Source: Chiloscyllium plagiosum
Taxonomy: Eukaryota
Assembly (NCBI RefSeq): GCF_004010195.1
Contig: NC_057718.1
Coordinates: 24,579,853-24,643,852 of the forward strand
Length of the DNA stretch: 64,000 nt
Direction: 5' to 3'
The translations under genes and the position numbers were made by a program. Below, in pieces: positions 1 to 12,506 of the stretch; within the stretch, counting starts at the first letter, position 1; every line of letters begins with the position of its first letter. Under the pieces are notes generated by a model. The model had not been told where the DNA came from. It saw only the letters and a program-made list of their open reading frames with translations, and did no database searches.

Positions 1-312
1 TATAAGATGATCAGAGGACTAGATAGAGTAGACAGTCAGAAACTTTTTCCCCGGGTACAACAGAGTGTTACCAGGGGACATAAATTTAAGGTGAAGGGTG
101 GAAGGTATAGGGGAGATGTTAGGGGTGGGTTGGGGGCATGGAATGCGCTGCCTGTGGGAGTGGTAGAGTCAGAATCTTTGGTGACCTTTAAGCGGCAATT
201 GGATAGGTACATGGATGGGTGCTTAAGCTAGGACAAATGTTCGGCACAACATCGTGGGCCAAAGGGCCTGTTCTGTGCTGTATTGTTCTATGTTCTATGT
301 TCTATGTGCTAT
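1..312 (+). mobile_element. CR1 LINE 3' end
   Basis: ORF2 C-terminal motifs IRGLDRVD/TRGHKFKV/WNALP/FKRQLD, then the 3' UTR and a (TTCTATG)n tail. Confidence 0.9.
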
Positions 313-314
313 GA

Positions 315-625
315 ATGGCTTGCTGGGCCTCTAGAGTGCAGTTGAGTCAACCACATTGCTGTGGGTCTGGAATCAAATGTAGGCCGGACCAGGTGAGAAG
401 GGCAGCTTTCCTTCCCTGAAGCACAATAGTGAACCAGATGGTTTGTTTTTCCCACAGACAATCAGCAATGGTCCCATAGTCATCAATAGCTTCTTAAGTT
501 CAGATTTTCCTTTTAATTTGTTAAATTCAAATGGACACAGCAAGATTTGAACGTGGATTTCCAGAACATTAGCTGAGTTTCTGGATTTAGAGTCCAGTGA
601 TAATGCCACTGGGCCATTGCCTCCC
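315..625 (-). mobile_element. tRNA-derived Deu-domain SINE (SacSINE1-like)
   Basis: Reverse complement has a tRNA-like head (ggggaggcaatggcccagtggcatt...) and Deu-like core ccagacccacagcaatgtggttgactc; second copy at 22262-22555. Confidence 0.7.
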
Positions 626-769
626 CTACGAGGCCCAAGCCGATGTGGTTGACTCTTAACTGCCTAATGAAATGGCACTGATACACACAGTTGTGTCAAA
701 CCACTATGAAACTTTATAGGAATGAAATTGGAAGCATTACATGGCATTGACATAGAAACTGAAAGAAAA

Positions 770-1060
770 GCAGCAAATCCTTTCAATCCTGCATCCTCTA
801 ATCACTTAGAATGGCATAGGGAGCAAATGCATTGATCCATCACCAGTTCCCCTCCAAGTCACATTCAGCGTGATGTGGAATGATGTTATCGTTCATTCAC
901 TGTCTCTCAGGTAAAATCCTGAAACTTCACTTTTCATGGGACTGTGGGTATAATAACTCAACTTATACTGCAATGGTTTATAAAGGCAACTCTCCACCAT
1001 CTTATTCAGGGAATGAATGCTGCCTCAGCGAGCAGTGCTGATATTTCACAAATGAATAGA
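770..1060 (+). mobile_element. Degraded 3' fragment of a CR1-clade LINE
   Basis: caccagttcccctccaagtcac...aaaggcaactctccaccatctt...atgaata; related to minus-strand copies near 57400-58150. Confidence 0.5.
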
Positions 1061-2741
1061 TAAAAACCATGTACTATGCAAAGACTAGTAAGAGTGTAAA
1101 AAGAAAGAAGTCAGAATATCTGTTGCCAGACCTGGGACATGAAGGTCATGTTTGTCAGCATTCTGGAACATATGTTTAATTATTTGATCTAGGATTTATA
1201 TCATTTATATCATTGCCATTTATATCCTCAGAATAGCCAAAAAGACTAGACAGCCAATGAAGTCTTCTGAAATGCAGTTAGTTTTGGCTTATAGCCAAAT
1301 ACAATGACTGACTTTTCCATCGGAAAGTCCTACAAATACCAACGGGATGAATGACCGGTGAAATAATGCTGTTGTGGATGGATGAATGTTGGCTGGCATA
1401 CTTGCCTCCTTCAAATAATGACTTGATAATGTTCTACCTAGTACTTTTAATGTTTCATCCAGAAGACAGAATGTCCGATAATGCAGCATTACCTGAATAC
1501 TGCTTTGCAATGTCAGCTGAAATGATATGCTCAAGTACGGACTGAGGCTTGAATCCACAAGAAATTATTACCAACTGAGTCATGACAGTTAATAATATGA
1601 CGTATGGGTGGATGCAAGGCTGATAGAAGCAATTTAGTGTGATGAATTGAGAGTGTCATAAAGACGGTACAATCTACAGGAAAGCAAAGCTTTGAAAGAA
1701 AGAAGCAGGGGATTTGAAATGTAGCAGTTCTTTCAGTTCCTTAATGTGCCTTGAATTGCCAAATGCATAAGTGATTGATTTCAAAGGAAAATCAATTACT
1801 TGTCTCTAATATTTAATTTTCAAATTGAGATACCAAAGAAGAAAGCATAGATTACTGTTGGTGTGGATTTAACATTAGTGAGAGCAACTGAAGGGTCAAT
1901 GAATAGAAGGAGTAAGGATATTAGAATATTTAGTTTGCCTTGTGGGTTGGTTTGGAATATAATTTTTAATGGACGTCCTTTCCAATAGCTATATTTAAAC
2001 ATCAACACCACAGAGATTTAACATTAGGCTTTATATCAATGGATCTGCAAGGAATAGCTAACTAGCTATTTCTACTAATGTCTGACTTTCAAAATAGAAT
2101 AATAGGTGCATCCCTATCAATTCCTTTCCTTGTTTTGTGGCCCCATATTTGGGGATTGGTAAAAGTTGGCTTCCACTCACTAGCACAAATCTAAAAGACA
2201 AGCTCCACGAATTGTTTCAAATACTTTGAAGAAGACCACCACTGAAGCATAAAGAAATAACTGAATCTCGCAAAAATTATAGTCCCCTGCAGTGGCATGC
2301 ACAGGGAAGAATAGGTACAGTCAAGTGAATTTGATCAGCAGCAGTTCTATTCATTTGCACATTAAGCAATCAGCATTAGATCAGAGAGGTAATATTGCGT
2401 TGGAATCAGGAGTGGGCAGATAGGCATTGACTGGCTACTGAGTGGATTTAATGAAGCCTCTCACCTTCGACCTCCAAGCAAACTGATGGGGGAAGTATCA
2501 GATCCAACCCACTAAAGCACACTTAAAGCTCTCAAACATTACATGCACTCCAACACCAAATGGTCTCCAAATGAAAGCTCTCAAACAAATGGAATAAGCT
2601 CTCAAACACTAGATGCACTCAAATCATCTGTGAATCTGGGTTAAGAGATGGTGCCTGGTACAGAGTGGACTAAAGAGGAAGAGTGGGGGGGCAAACAGAA
2701 AAATTGCAACAAAGTCATGAAACAGGGAAACAGAACGTTAC

Positions 2742-2803
2742 CTCTCTGCAACCTTGGACATTTTTAACCGGTGTCTATCTAGCTGCATTTGCCAGTGCTT
2801 TAT
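2742..2803 (-). CDS. RGS7: RGS7 coding exon (62 nt), IKHWQMQLDRHRLKMSKVAE(S), start of GGL domain
   Basis: cttttcttttccattttacag|ATAAAGCACTGG...GCAGAGAG|gtaacg; 96-nt intron separates it from the previous exon. Confidence 0.95.
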
Positions 2804-2899
2804 CTGTAAAATGGAAAAGAAAAGACTTGACAACCAAATTCAACAAGCTGGAAAGGGTTAATACTACTGTGCAAGTTACATATGATTAATATTACAAAC

Positions 2900-2998
2900 C
2901 TGTTGATGTAACTCTTCTACGGTTGGTTGCTTTGCTTCTGGTGCAGGCGTGTGGGTCGGACTGTGACCTCGGACATCGTTTTGTAGACCATAGACAGA
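2900..2998 (-). CDS. RGS7: RGS7 coding exon (99 nt), SVYGLQNDVRGHSPTHTPAPEAKQPTVEELHQQ
   Basis: cctgttcttaag|TCTGTCTATGGT...CATCAACAG|gtttgt; matches the RGS7 linker SVYGLQNDIRSHSPTHTP. Confidence 0.95.
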
Positions 2999-3479
2999 CT
3001 TAAGAACAGGATGCAAATGAGGACATTTAAGAGCTCTTAAAAGGGACTGACTTGTTGTAAAGTTATCTTACATTTACCGAAATCTGGATTTTGCAGTCAC
3101 AGTTAAAACTTACTCCCACATAACATTCACTGTAATCCAAGATTCCATAGTACAAAACCAGTTTTTGTTCAGCTGTTTACTTCATCCAGAAGGTGATTTC
3201 ATTTACCTCAACCATTGGTTACTATGGAACAACCTTTTCTCACTTCAATACGCATTGTCCCATAATTTTTAGCCTGTTGATTTTACAGAGGGAAATTACA
3301 AGCTATCGAAAAGGTAGAAACGGAGGGAAAGAACTTCTCACTTGGGACTGTACTAGACTGGAGGGACTGTTTTCACATCTGGAATCTCACTCTCTGAATT
3401 GGACATCTGGCAGTTGTTCCTTGGCAGAGCAAACTAATTGTTTCCCACCTTTGGGTTCTCAGACCCTTGAGGGACAGAT

Positions 3480-4025
3480 GATTGGCTGGCGCATCCACTC
3501 TCTGAGCATTCCAATTAAAAGGAGCGTGGCATGGGCTACAAGAATCCTCCAGGATTTGGATTTTTCTTCAGGTTGTAGCAACTACAGGAGTGGAGAGGGG
3601 CTCTGAGAAGACTGGGGACAGTATCTATCCTACTAACTATACAGTCTCCTATCACTACTACATTTCTATTTCTATCTCCGCATTAACTGGCAATGTTGTG
3701 GTCAGGTCTAGCATTCTCCCCACAGTCCCTACCTTGCATCCACACAGATTGCAAGGACATCATTACTGTTGGACAATTGGAGGGACAGAGGCTTCTCAAG
3801 AGCTTCTCCTTAGATCCCCATATCTTTCTCACTTATAATCACATGCTCCTGTCCTTGATCACAGACCAATTTTAAATTCTCTATTCTAAGGGATGTGACT
3901 TTCTCTTGGAGTGTGCAGATAACTTGGATCCAAAGTTGTTTAATCTGCAAACACTTGTTACAGATGTGTTCACTGTCAACCGCCATGGTATCCACATGCT
4001 GCAGATGCAACACATCATCTGACCT
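3480..4025 (-). mobile_element. Degraded CR1 ORF1 fragment (Cys-rich N-terminus)
   Basis: Minus-strand HICNKCLQIKQLWIQV; similar to the + strand copy near 58400. Confidence 0.5.
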
Positions 4026-4394
4026 GTCATATTTTAATTAGGTTATCAATTAAAATCACTCTAGTAACCCTGCTCTGTATACTTGAAGTATCCCTACAGT
4101 GTACACTTCATTTTATCAAAACACTTGTTTTTAATACTCTAGAATCAATCTTATACCTATATCTATCAATCTATTTAAAAAGAGGAAATGAAGAAAAAAA
4201 AACTGGAGACCTGAATACAAACTGAAGACCTTACTTTCACATTAACGACTAGAAATATTCCCAGTCAGCTGCTTTGTTTCGGCAAAATCAACCAAATACA
4301 TCTGTCCTTTCTCCCCTTCATTCATTGAGATGCTCAATTCATGCACTTCACTGTAAGGCTGTTGATTCACTCGCTGAGCTTGTGAGTTTGCTTG

Positions 4395-4435
4395 CAGATG
4401 TTTCGTCACTGTTCTAGGTAACATCATCAGTGAGC
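4395..4435 (-). ncRNA. Minimal hammerhead ribozyme motif (family C)
   Basis: Reverse complement CAC CUGAUGA U GUUAC cuagaaca GUGAC GAAAC AUC; core and stem II present. Confidence 0.55.
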
Positions 4436-4648
4436 CTCCATTGAAGCGCTGGTGTTCTGTCCCGCTTGCTATTTATGTGCCCTGGTTTGTTGGAGTAGGT
4501 GATATCATTTCCGGTTGTGTTTCTTAGATGATGTTACCTTGAATGGTGATGAAGCATCTGAAAACAAACTCACTAGCTCGGTGAGCAAGTCAACACCTAA
4601 TCCACAATTTGAGCTACAAATCTGCTTGAGAACTTTGAAGTTCTCAAT

Positions 4649-4683
4649 CACCTGATGAAGGAGCGTCGCTCCGAAAGCTAGTG
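4649..4683 (+). ncRNA. Minimal type I hammerhead ribozyme motif (family B)
   Basis: CAC CUGAUGA A GGAGC guc GCUCC GAAA GCUA GUG: stem I CAC/GUG, intact core, perfect 5-bp stem II, palindromic AGCU. Confidence 0.75.
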
Positions 4684-5080
4684 TGCTTCCAATTAGACCT
4701 GTTGGACTATAACCTGGTGTTGTGTGATTTTTTAACTTAAAGTTCATTGTAAACCACAATAAGTTAGCTACTTGATATGTTCCCAATCCAAACTCACCTA
4801 GGCACTGAAAAAGAAATGGATAATCTGACTAAACATCGACACATTGAATATCAGAACAGGAAGGCAGGATTAGAAGATGCATAGATTGTTACCAAAAGTC
4901 TGCAAAATAATTGGAAAAATGATGCTGGAGCCATGAGAGAACTGTGCACTTTGTTTCTGTGACTATAAAGATAAAGGAGTTGGAGATAACGTCCAGGACA
5001 GCTGCAAATATTCCTTCAAGAGTAACCCTGAAGAGCGACCTGAGAAAATACATTTGGTGATGGCTCTGAAAAGAAAAGTG

Positions 5081-5353
5081 ATTCGATTACCTACAGTGTG
5101 GAAACAGGCCGTTTTACCCAGCAAGTCAACACTGACCCTCTGAAGAGTAAGCCATCCCCCTCTGACTAATGCTATGGACAATTTAGCATGGCCAATTCAC
5201 CTGGCCTACACATCTTTGGAATGTGGGAGGAAACCCACACAGACACAGGAAGAACATGCAAACTCCACACAGACAGTCACCCAAGGCTGGAATTGAACCT
5301 GGAAGCCTAGTGCTGTGAGGCAGCAGTGCTAGCCACTGAGCCACTGTGCCACC
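5081..5353 (-). mobile_element. HE1-type V-SINE
   Basis: Reverse complement: tRNA-like head ggtggcacagtggctcagtggctagcactgctgcctcacagc, V-domain tgtgtggagtttgcatgttct, CR1-like tail. Confidence 0.85.
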
Positions 5354-5617
5354 ACTGTGATGTACTTCAAAACCAATTAAATGGATCAAACTCAGGTATT
5401 ACCTTGTATTACACAGTCATAGGAAGAGAAAGGGCATTGACAAAAGGACTTTGTAAACAACATGCTGCTGCAGATAGATTGAGCAGTTTGGTCAATCCAA
5501 AATCCTACAGGTGATTTGTTGGTGAATTGACCATTTGAGAATTCACACCAAAAGGATAAAGCAACAGATGTCTGAATCATGGTAATGATGTGCAACATCC
5601 ATACAGGGAGTGGGGAT

Positions 5618-5826
5618 TGTAACTACGTCAGCTAGGTGGACCTCTTAATATGAGTTCCCTGATTGGGGCCATTAATCTGGTCCAATTAGGGAGCCCTGCC
5701 TGACAGACAGACATTCTGACACTCTGAGAGCTGGCTCTGAGGGGGCTAAACCAAAGCCAAGTATTAGGCATGTGGAAATAGAGGGTGATTTGATGATGTG
5801 ATACTAGCCTCGCAGGACTTATTTCA
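5618..5826 (+). mobile_element. Gypsy LTR
   Basis: TGTAAC...TTTCA termini, directly upstream of the gag remnant. Confidence 0.7.
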
Positions 5827-8800
5827 ATGGATATGTTCCTGAAGAAATTCACTTGCAACAGACATCTTTGAGTTGTGGTGAGCACTTCTGACATCATTTT
5901 ATTTGGGAAGCTTGACATTTTCAACACTGCCATCAAAGACTGGGCAGGGTGAAAAACATGTGTGATCTATTTTGGATAAATGACATTGAGGCAGATGAAA
6001 AGCAATGGGTAACTCTCCTGACAGCTTGTGGACCCATAACTTTTTTGGTTATTAGGAATTTAACTTGCCCTGAGGCACCAGGGAAACTGAAGGCTGAAAC
6101 ATTTCAAGATTTGCCAGATTTAGTTAAGGAATATTACAACCCAAAGCCTCCTCTAATTCTCAGATAATATTGGTTTTACTTGGCAATTTGAGAGCCAGGG
6201 GAATTTGTGTTGAGATTTTTGATTAGGCTAGGGCAGAGGCACGTTATTTTGTTTTAACCCTTCATAAGAGGCTGAGAGACTGTTGGTATGTGGGATTAAT
6301 GATGTCACAATGCACAAGCATCTATTGGCTGAAGCCCAACTGGACTTTGAACAAGCACTACAACTAACTTCATTATTGCAAATGTGGAGCATCTGGGTTG
6401 CAGAGTATTCTGATGGAAGTGGACAATTGGCCAGTCCAACTGAGCTTGGGGAACATGCTTGAGTGCAGGCAATTACATAGCCTCACTTGGGATATATTCT
6501 GAATAGAGCCACTTTACTTCAGCCCACAGCAAAACTTCAAGCCTCAGCCAAACGGTTAGAACTTTCTTCAGTATCCAGGCCAGCAAGACATTGTAGTTGC
6601 TGCTGGTATGTGGACTCGAGACAGAAAAGGAGTCCTACCAGACCTAAATAGAGTAAGAGAACTCATAAGCCAGTATTGAGAAGATTGCACACCCTGGAAA
6701 GTCCACCCAACATCCAAATCAGAACCAATCAAAATAAACATCTGGTTAAATGGTCATCGGGTTCAAATGGAGGCGAATATCAGTGCAGCCAATTCAGTGA
6801 TCACAGAACCAGTCTTTAACAAAATTCGCTTGGGACTCCAACTCTTAAATTTGCGAAAGATCTCAGCTAGACTGAGAACCTACATTGGGGAACCTTTACA
6901 GATTAAGGGCACAATTTTAGTTCTGGACTCTTATGAGAAGCAGCTGGCTTAGTAACCATTGATTGTAGTAAAAAGCTCAGGCCCAAGCCTAATGGGACAA
7001 AATTGGTTGAATAAAATTAACTTATACTGGCTTAACATTTTTCAATAAGAAAATGGCTGTCTGAGTGAAGTCCAAATTAAATACCTGGAAGTCATTCAGG
7101 AAGGTATAAGGATTATCAAAGGAGGCAAGGTCAACTTGCACATTGATCAGGAAGCATTTCCACAATTCTGTAAGGCCTGCCCCACACGCAAAAGTAGAGG
7201 CAGAATGCAAAAGGCTGGAAACCGAAGGAATCATCAAACCAGTACGATTTGTGGAATGGGCAGCACCAGTCATACCAATTTTGAAGCCAAATGGGTCAGT
7301 TCAGCTTTGAGGGGATTTTAAACAAACTGTTTTTCACGGCTGGATAAATACCCAATTTCTCAGATAGAGGATTCACACACAAAGCTGGTGGGGGTCTGTC
7401 CTTCACGAAGCTGGACATGAGCCATGCGAACCTGCAATTATGGTTAGATGAGGATTACCAGACATATGCTCCAATTAATATCCATAGGTGTTTGTACCAT
7501 TATGCAAGGCTGCCATTTGGTGTATCATCAGCCCATGCAATTTTTCAGTGGACGAAGGAGAACATTTTACAAGGTCTACCCCAGGTCAGCAGGTCAGGTA
7601 GCATCTGAGGAACAGGAGAATCAGTATTTTGGGCATAAGTCCTTCATCAAACGTCGATTGGCCTGCTCCTTGGATGCTCCCTGATCTGCTGTGCTTACCC
7701 AGCAACATACTCTCGACTCACTTTCTTCTACCACGGGTCAGCATTTATCGAGATGATGTGCTAATAACAGGGAAGACCAAAAAGGAGCACTTAGACTACT
7801 TGGCCCAATAAACAGAAATGTCTAATGGTGTATGAGTCCAGGAGTTTGGCTGAGGACATCATCCTTAGATATTTCTCCCAGGCAGGTGTATGCCTTAGAA
7901 TGGAAAAATGCGTGTTCCAAGCACCTCAAGTGACCTATTTGGGCCACAGGGTTGACAAGACTGGGTTACATCCGTTGGAAGATAAAGTGACAGTGATCAA
8001 AGATGCCCCAGCTCCCATGTCTTTCCTTGGGCTGGTGAATTATTACGGAAAGTTCATACATAAGCTGGCCTCCATCCTGGCACCTTTGCATCAACTCTTT
8101 AAAAAAAGGTTACCTTTCAGGGAAGTGAAGAAACAGCTATCATCCTCTAAGATGCTGACACACTGTGATGCCAAGGGAGAGCTGGTATTGACACACGCTG
8201 CCTCCCATTAGATATCAAGTTGCATTAGCTCATAGTTGGCCCAATGAAGAACGCCCAATGGCGCATGCATCCAGGACTTTGGCTAATGCAGAACATGACT
8301 GCACCCAAATAGAGAAGGAAGATTTGGCAGTCATATTTGAAGTCAGGAAATGAAACTGAAACAGCTGGTGGTGATGGGGGAACAAAAGGGCCATTACAAC
8401 CAGAACGGAAACCTTATTGGACCTGGAGACACCAGATCACCGTGGAGAAATGCCATATAACTATGGGGAGCAAGAGTGATTGTTGTAAGCAATGGCTGCT
8501 GCCAGAAACCAGCTAACCCCCTTCCGGTTATCCAAGGGTTTCCAATTTGAATATGTTGGTGAGAAGTTATATCTGGTGGCCAGGGTTGCATGCAGACATA
8601 GCTTTGGGGTTGCATGCTTTGGGGGGGCAGTGCCCGGTGTGCCAACAAGGACAAAACTTGCCACCAGTAGCTTCTCCGCATTCTTGGGAATGGCCAGATA
8701 AACCCTGGGCTCAGTTACACCTTGACTTCGCAAGTCCTTTCGTAGGCTCAGTTTTCTTAGTCATTGTAGATGCCCACTCAAAGTGGTTGAATGTGCATAG

Positions 8801-9255
8801 AATTAATTCATCAAGCACGGGAAGAAGAGAAAAATTGCATGTGTCTTTTGCAATACACAGACTCCCAGATGTGTTGGTCATAGATAATGGGCTATCATTT
8901 ACCAACAGGGAATTAGAGTAATTTCTTCAAGTCAAATGTAATTCTACATGTAAGGACAGCTCCATACCATGCGTCATCCAATGGTCTGGCAGAAAGGGCA
9001 ATCCAAATCTTGAAGGCAGGCTTAAAGAAACTGCCTACACATTTGTTTGATATCAAACTGTCCTGGACCCTATAGGACCACATCTCATGGAATTCTAAGG
9101 ATAACTCCAACAGAGTTGCTAATGGAAAGAAGATTCTACACCATGAACTCTCATCTTCCTGGATCTAGTGAGGGAATGGAAAATTACATCAAGAAAGCCA
9201 ATGCCAGAAGCTAGAACTCCACCAGGCGAGAGGCACAGTTTACTTCAGGGGATGA
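5827..9255 (+). pseudogene. Decayed Gypsy (Ty3/Gypsy) gag-pol, 3' truncated
   Basis: gag LLTACG...LVKEYYNPKP; protease-like LNGH..QMEANISA; RT RLPFGVSSA..IFQ and IYRDDVLI; RNase H/integrase RSYIWWPG, LHLDFA, VDAHSKW, DNG, TAPYHASSNGLAE; PR-RT-RH-IN order; many stops and frameshifts. Confidence 0.9.
7592..7726. mobile_element. Inverted-repeat Penelope-derived mini-insert inside Gypsy RT
   Basis: Flanked by a near-direct repeat tctaccccaggtcagca / tctaccacgggtcagca (7575-7591, 7727-7743). Confidence 0.7.
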
Positions 9256-10200
9256 GATGACGTGATTAACTCATATAAGATCCTGAGAATGTTTGGTAGC
9301 GTAGATACGGAGAGGATGTTTCCCGTTATGGGAGAATCTAGAATGAGGAGTTAGTGTTTAAAACTCAGGGGTCATTAATTTAAAACAGAGAACAGATGAT
9401 TCCATTTTTCTCAGAGGTTCATAAGTCTGTGCTACTTAAAAAAAGTGCTGGCAGCAGAATCCTTGAAATTCTTGGCTAAAGCGAGGACTGCAGATGCTGG
9501 AGATTAGAGTCAAGCATATGGTGCTGGAAAGGTACAACAGGTCAGGCAGCATCCAAGGAGCAGGAAAATTGACGTTTCAGGCAGGAACCCTTCATCAGGA
9601 ATGAGGCTTATGGGCCGGTGGCCGAGAGATAAATGGGAGGGGGTGTGGGTCTGGGGGTAGGTAGCTGAGAGTTCAATAGGTGGATGGAGGTGGGGGTAAA
9701 GGTAATAGATCAGAGGGGAGGGTGGAGCAGATAAGTGGGAAGGAAGATGGACAGATGGGATGGGTCATGAGGACAGTGCTGAGCTGGAAGGTTGGAACTG
9801 GGATAAGGTGGGGCTCCTCAGAAGGTGGGCAGGATTACACCTCCTCCCACTCTGCCTCCTGCAAAAATGCTATCCCTTATTCCTAATTCCTTCACCTCCA
9901 CCGGACCTGCTCCCAGGAGGACCAGTTCCACCACTGAACACACCAGATGGCCTCTTTATTTAAAGACCACAATTTCCCCTCCCACGTCGATTTTCCTTCT
10001 TCTAGGATGCTGCCTGACCTGCTGTGCTTTTCCAGCAACACCCTCTTGACTCGTTGAAATTCTTGTTAAGCAAGATGCTGAAAGATTATCAAGGGTAGGT
10101 AGTGTGTGCATTTGAGACTGCAATCAGATCAAGCATGGTTTTATTGAATGGTGATTAAACTCAAGGGGCTAAATGGCATACTCTGCTCCTTGTTTGTTGT
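9256..10200 (+). mobile_element. CR1 3' fragment interrupted by a Penelope-like insert (9475-10053)
   Basis: CR1 tail motifs on both sides; insert bounded by a 12-bp duplication ttgaaattcttg (9463-9474, 10054-10065). Confidence 0.7.
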
Positions 10201-10901
10201 TTGTATACAGAATGAATTAATAATATCTTGTTATTACTTAGCATTATCGAATATATGGCCAAACCTCACTTTGAAATCGTGTTATTGGAAATCCATTTCC
10301 GAGGCGCTGAATTATTGTGAGCCAGCTGTAAAGTGAAAAGCTAAAACTGAGTGACATCTTCCCTGCACAAGGTCAAATGTTGCTGTCAGTTGTTGCAGCC
10401 TTGACAACCTTCAGCATATGGTTTGATGATTGTAATGCAGGGTATGCTAGCTTTAAATTTCTTTACATGGACACTGCAGAAATTGTTTTTGATCTCCCTG
10501 ACTTTATATGTTGAGATTCATTCTGTTCCTTTTTTTTCAAGGATAGTTCATCGGTGAAGTCCTCTGTGAATACGAAGAGCTACCTCTGCTGTAACATATC
10601 TAAGCGGGCTGATTTTGATTTAGTTCTTATAGCAACTTTAATGTCGTGCCTGGTGCTCCACAGGAGTGTTAGCAAACAAATGTTTACCCATATCCATACA
10701 TAAAGACACTTGTCTCATTGTGTACAAATATTTGAGAGGTCTTTTCCATGCACAATGATACATTTTTTGATATGAAAATCGATTGCTATTATTTTGGTTT
10801 ATTGAATGGTCCATGTTCTTCTATCCTTTTCATATGGACAATGAGCTTGGCCTTATCAATAAAAATTTGTAACATGAGAACAACTACTCTGTGGAACATA
10901 A

Positions 10902-11048
10902 GGGCGGCACGGTGGCACAGTGGTTAGCACTGCTGCCTCACAGCGCCAGAGACCCAGGTTCAATTCCCGCCTGACTGACTGGCGACTGACTTGTTGGGCC
11001 GAAGGGCCTGTTTCCACACTGTAAGTAATCTAATCTAATCTAATCTAA
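10902..11048 (+). mobile_element. HE1-type SINE, internally deleted
   Basis: gggcggcacggtggcacagtggttagc head joined directly to the gacttgttgggccgaagggcc tail and (TAATC)n. Confidence 0.85.
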
Positions 11049-11918
11049 TAACTTCCAAATAGGGAACTGATGAACAAGGGACCATAGAATGACAACTTTG
11101 AAAACGTTTTTTTTAAGCTGGTATATTCACACTTATTGGCACAAAAGAAAATGTAAAGATAAAATCAGGACCGAATCATAGATAAAATGTGCTGATCATA
11201 ATACAGAAACTAGCCTGATAAACCATTGGGAGTTTAAATTTTGACATTCCATCACAAATTTTGAATCTCATTTAGAACTGCAAACTAATAAATTGACTGC
11301 CACCATCTGTCCAAGGGAAATTCCAACTGAAATTGCATTATACTTTTCCCAATGCATAATGTCCATTTGATAGGACTTTATTAACGCTTAGCTCCACTTA
11401 TTCCAGGCTTGTTGGGAAATCATTTGGTGTATATGGTATTTTGACGGTGACAGATATCTGGGAGCAATTACAGAATAATTAAAGGATCAGCAGAACATGA
11501 TAAACTGAGAAAGAAACCTGAAAAGGGTTTGAATCTTCAAATCAGTTTATTATTCGTGTAATATACACTGTGAAATTAACCAGTTTTTTTAATAAGTCAT
11601 TTGTAATTTTTTCAAAAGATAACAAGTAGGTATTAATAGCTGAATAACTTCTAGAGATTGAGTTTCTTCAATAGTAACTAATCAGCATTTATATTAGCTT
11701 AGATCTGTTACGATGGTCAGTTAACTCAGTTGGCTAAATAGCCAGAACAATGCCTATAGTGGTTCAGAATTACACCTACAGCACATACTTGATTTCTGTT
11801 TCAGTGGAGATAGACTTGGCCTTTTCACATTGCCTCTGAATGGAAGACAATGACAAACCACCACTAATAAAAGGTGCCAAGAAAATGGCTCAGGGTGAAA
11901 CATCAGCAAACAATGAAC

Positions 11919-12483
11919 TGTAAGGTATAGGGTTAAAATTGTGCAGAATAAGGGATCAGATGTTGCTTCTGCAAAAGCTTACATTATAAAATTAGGCTGT
12001 ACATGCAGTGAGAAGCAAAAACAGATAGAATTATCTATGACTAATAGGGCAGAGCAACCATGTAGCGGGATGTACCAGTAACAGGAGAATAGTGTGCCAG
12101 TCTCAGGAGGGATGTGGCCAACTGATGGAATTTAGTTTGGCAGGATGATCGCACAAAGGCAGCAAACTATGCCAGGATAATCACATATAAGGAATGAGAT
12201 AAATAAGAGTAAGGGGCGACAGGCTTAGAGTAATGGGAGAAGTAAACAGAGGCGGAGAGAAGCTAGAACTTGTGATAGGCTACACGCTACAGTAAAAGTA
12301 ATCAATGGGGTGAAAGGGGAGGATTGAGAGACGCAGTTGAACAGCATAAATCAGAATGTAACCCTTAGATCGGGGTGCTTACTCGTTAGGCACCCGTTCT
12401 TGCTAGTACGTATCAATAAAATTCGCTGCTTCAGAATTTAACTCGGACTGAAATTTATTAATATGTGAGTTTTGTTTCTCACA
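11919..12483 (+). mobile_element. ERV 5' LTR (565 bp)
   Basis: TGTAAGG...CTCACA; TATA-like cataaat near 12345; AATAAA 12415-12420; about 27 substitutions versus the 3' LTR by manual count (~95% identity, indels excluded). Confidence 0.95.
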
Positions 12484-12486
12484 ATT

Positions 12487-12506
12487 TGGGGGCTCGTGTC
12501 CGGGAT
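12487..12506 (+). promoter_or_regulatory. Primer binding site, tRNA-Pro type
   Basis: TGGGGGCTCG-TG-TCCGGGAT equals canonical TGGGGGCTCGTCCGGGAT plus a 2-nt insertion, 3 nt after the LTR end. Confidence 0.92.

Larger units (their letters stand above)
4355..4740. mobile_element. Penelope-like element terminal fragments (two families)
   Basis: Inverted pLTR-type pieces containing CTGATGA...GAAA motifs; same families recur at 32440-32620, 33293-34015 and 56735-56860. Confidence 0.7.

Noticed and set aside
2526..2620. Three copies of aagctctcaaaca (CRISPR-like spacing?)
   Set aside because: Short, irregular local duplication in a vertebrate intron; no cas genes
10902..10970. tRNA gene-like A/B boxes
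   Set aside because: Head of an HE1-type SINE, not a complete cloverleaf
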